Virus record (IMG/VR): IMGVR_UViG_3300025889_000841
Coordinates: 1-26,008 of that record
Length of the DNA stretch: 26,008 bases
Reading direction: 5' to 3' (one strand)
From: a virus
Taxonomy: Duplodnaviria > Caudoviricetes
The notes under the pieces: model-generated
Seen by the model: the letters and a program-made list of their open reading frames with translations, nothing else
Databases searched by the model: none
Told to the model about the DNA's origin: nothing
Translations under genes and position numbers: made by a program
Part shown: positions 24,211 to 26,008 of the stretch, piece by piece
How the letters are laid out: each line of letters begins with the position of its first letter
Numbering within the stretch: position 1 is the stretch's first letter

Positions 24211-25458
24211 CTACCAGCGATTTGCGGTTGGCAAGGGCGCGAAATCCGCCAACTTCTTTGGTGCAGCCCTGCGACTTCCTTCACAAGCGTATCGTAGTGC
24301 GTCGATGACGTGGTTGTTCTTGTCCTCAAGAACCGGCAACACGCCTCCAGTCGTCTGGTCCACCTTGTAGCTGTACAGGGTCAGCTCATCGATGACATGC
24401 TTGCATCGAGGATGAACCGTTATATCGTAAGTCTTGAGCCACTCAACGCCATCCTCCAGCGAACCTGGTCCCTTAACGGCAGGCATTAGCTTTGGAAAGC
24501 CGTTGCGCTTCATGTGGCTAATTGTCTCTGGCCTTGCTGAGTCAGCGATTATAGGCCATTTTTCTGAGTCTGGAACCGTCATGAACAAATCTGGCGTGTC
24601 CATTATCTCGCAGTTGACCTGGTATGCTTCATAGTCAACGTACAGCTTCCTGCCCTCGACAAAGCATCTGACCAGCACGGTCGGGTCCACGGAGAAACCC
24701 CAGTCGGCGCCGAATCGGAACATGGCGTCGTTTGGCGCCTCAAACTCTTCGATGGTCCAGTTACTGAAGACCCTAGCGGCAGTGTTGCCAGCGTACTCAC
24801 CAAGCCAGACGTGAGCATACTTGTCTGGATCTCGGCGCTTGTCGTACTCCATCTCCTCTCGAAGGACATCTGGAAGCCAAGGGTTGTCGCTGTAGTTAAC
24901 CTGCAGGACCGTTGACCCAGGTGGTGGATTGTCGCCACGCAGCAGGACATCGATCGGATCTGTCTCAAGGTACGGGTTCCATGACGCCCAAATCTCCGAG
25001 CCTGGCTTTCTCAGAGTTGGCCTGAGCAGGTCGATGGACCTCTGGCTTAGTGACTGCGCCTCCTCGCACCAGGCTCTGTCATAGCCCTCTAGTGACTTGA
25101 TTGAGTCAGCAGTGTGGTTCTGCATACCTTGGAAGATAATCGTGCCCGTGCCCTTCCTAGACTTGATCTGGGACTCTTGGACCTCGAAGTAGCTGCCAAC
25201 GCCCATCGTCTCGATCTTCAGCTCCAGCAGGCGCTTGACAGACATCTTGATCGACTTCTGGACTTCTCGAATGCAAACACTTGATTGATTCGGGTTGATG
25301 ATGTGCTCTTCAATCAGCATCTCTGCAAAGAAATGTGACTTCCCTGAGCCTCTACCACCATAAGCGCCCTTGTATCGAGATGGCTTCAGCAGAGGGACCG
25401 CCCACCTTGGGGTCTTTATCTCCAGCGATGAACCACTCTTTGATCCGCTACTCGACAA
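24211..25458 (-). CDS. terL: Terminase large subunit (PBSX-family-like)
   Basis: Walker A YGGRGSGKS, Walker B AWCEEA, PTLRK, nuclease GADWGFS.DP and HVIDALRY. Confidence 0.95.
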   Translation of the reverse strand: MSSSGSKSGSSLEIKTPRWAVPLLKPSRYKGAYGGRGSGKSHFFAEMLIEEHIINPNQSSVCIREVQKSIKMSVKRLLELKIETMGVGSYFEVQESQIKSRKGTGTIIFQGMQNHTADSIKSLEGYDRAWCEEAQSLSQRSIDLLRPTLRKPGSEIWASWNPYLETDPIDVLLRGDNPPPGSTVLQVNYSDNPWLPDVLREEMEYDKRRDPDKYAHVWLGEYAGNTAARVFSNWTIEEFEAPNDAMFRFGADWGFSVDPTVLVRCFVEGRKLYVDYEAYQVNCEIMDTPDLFMTVPDSEKWPIIADSARPETISHMKRNGFPKLMPAVKGPGSLEDGVEWLKTYDITVHPRCKHVIDELTLYSYKVDQTTGGVLPVLEDKNNHVIDALRYACEGSRRAAPKKLADFAPLPTANRW

Positions 25459-25897
25459 TGACCCGCCTCACCTCAGTAATCGCGATGGGGTTATCAACAT
25501 CACCTGAGTGTATGGTCTTGTCTCCATACTTGCGAGGGTTCCACTTGCCCAGGAGCCTTAGCCTTTGCTCTATCCTTGTCTTCTGCCACTGGACGAAACC
25601 TGAGTCTATTCGGCTGACACCGTTGTTGTCCACGACCGACTCTGGGCGCTCATCAGCAATCTCTAGCGTCTCCTCGGCTATCATGTCGTGACCAACATCT
25701 CTGGCCGCCATGAAACGTGCAAAAAATTCACTATCTTTTTCCTGCCAATAGTAAACCGTTCTAAACGTTGGCTTCCCTGGTTGCTGACAAAAGGACCTCA
25801 GAGTCTTTCCTGCGCTGATCCATTCGATGATCTCCTCCATCATCTCTGGAGGTGGATCGCTCTCTGGTCTTCCGACTGGTCGCTTTTCATCTGTCAT
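25448..25897 (-). CDS. terS: Terminase small subunit (Sf6 gp1-like)
   Basis: GRP, HTH (I..G.TLR..C...G.P...TV..W), EIAD and P.KYGDK motifs; immediately upstream of terL. Confidence 0.9.
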   Translation of the reverse strand: MTDEKRPVGRPESDPPPEMMEEIIEWISAGKTLRSFCQQPGKPTFRTVYYWQEKDSEFFARFMAARDVGHDMIAEETLEIADERPESVVDNNGVSRIDSGFVQWQKTRIEQRLRLLGKWNPRKYGDKTIHSGDVDNPIAITEVRRVIVE

Positions 25898-26008
25898 TTG
25901 TTACCACCAAATTTTCCAATCGCTGCCCCTACAATCTTGTCCATGTGCGGTGCAGCAAAGTAAAAGGCCAAGATGAGCATCATTGCTCCGGTCATTGAGT
26001 CAGCTCGT
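25894..26008 (-). CDS. 3' end of a membrane protein, possibly a holin (...SMTGAMMLILAFYFAAPHMDKIVGAAIGKFGGNK*)
   Basis: Manual translation; hydrophobic helix ending FYF; ATGA overlap with terS. Confidence 0.6.
   Translation of the reverse strand, partial: RADSMTGAMMLILAFYFAAPHMDKIVGAAIGKFGGNK

Noticed and set aside
1-26008. Alternative genetic code, tRNA genes, introns or inteins
   Set aside because: Genes are full-length and tightly packed in the standard code using all three stops; terL and portal are uninterrupted; no tRNA cloverleaf was recognised by eye.

Overview
This window is an almost entirely minus-strand virion morphogenesis operon of a P22-like podovirus, probably infecting an aquatic proteobacterium (inferred). 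Gene order, right to left: partial membrane/holin-like gene, TerS, TerL, portal, an inserted 1127-aa modular protein, scaffold, P22-type coat, small basic protein, gp4-like adaptor, fibre-like genes, gp10-like hub, gp26-position protein, cupin-like protein, three ejection proteins, tailspike/fibre with a chaperone domain, long tail fibre, free-standing HNH endonuclease, fibre accessory genes, holin-like gene and a terminator. A non-coding region and a strong sigma70 promoter driving small early-type genes follow. Most notable: (1) the 1127-aa protein reads as a polyprotein of two ADP-ribosyltransferase-fold modules and one unknown module, each closed by a repeated signal-peptide-like linker (KKYGISIPLAAAVLAG..PEEAQA-G), plus a C-terminal domain resembling an ejection protein; (2) an orphan host-type parS site sits in a ~46-bp insert between the last ejection gene and a fossil copy of that gene's 3' end; (3) an H-type pseudoknot lies in the scaffold leader; (4) a 10-bp-phased, gyrase-site-like element lies in the non-coding region. 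All family calls come from motif recognition and synteny; no database searches were run.
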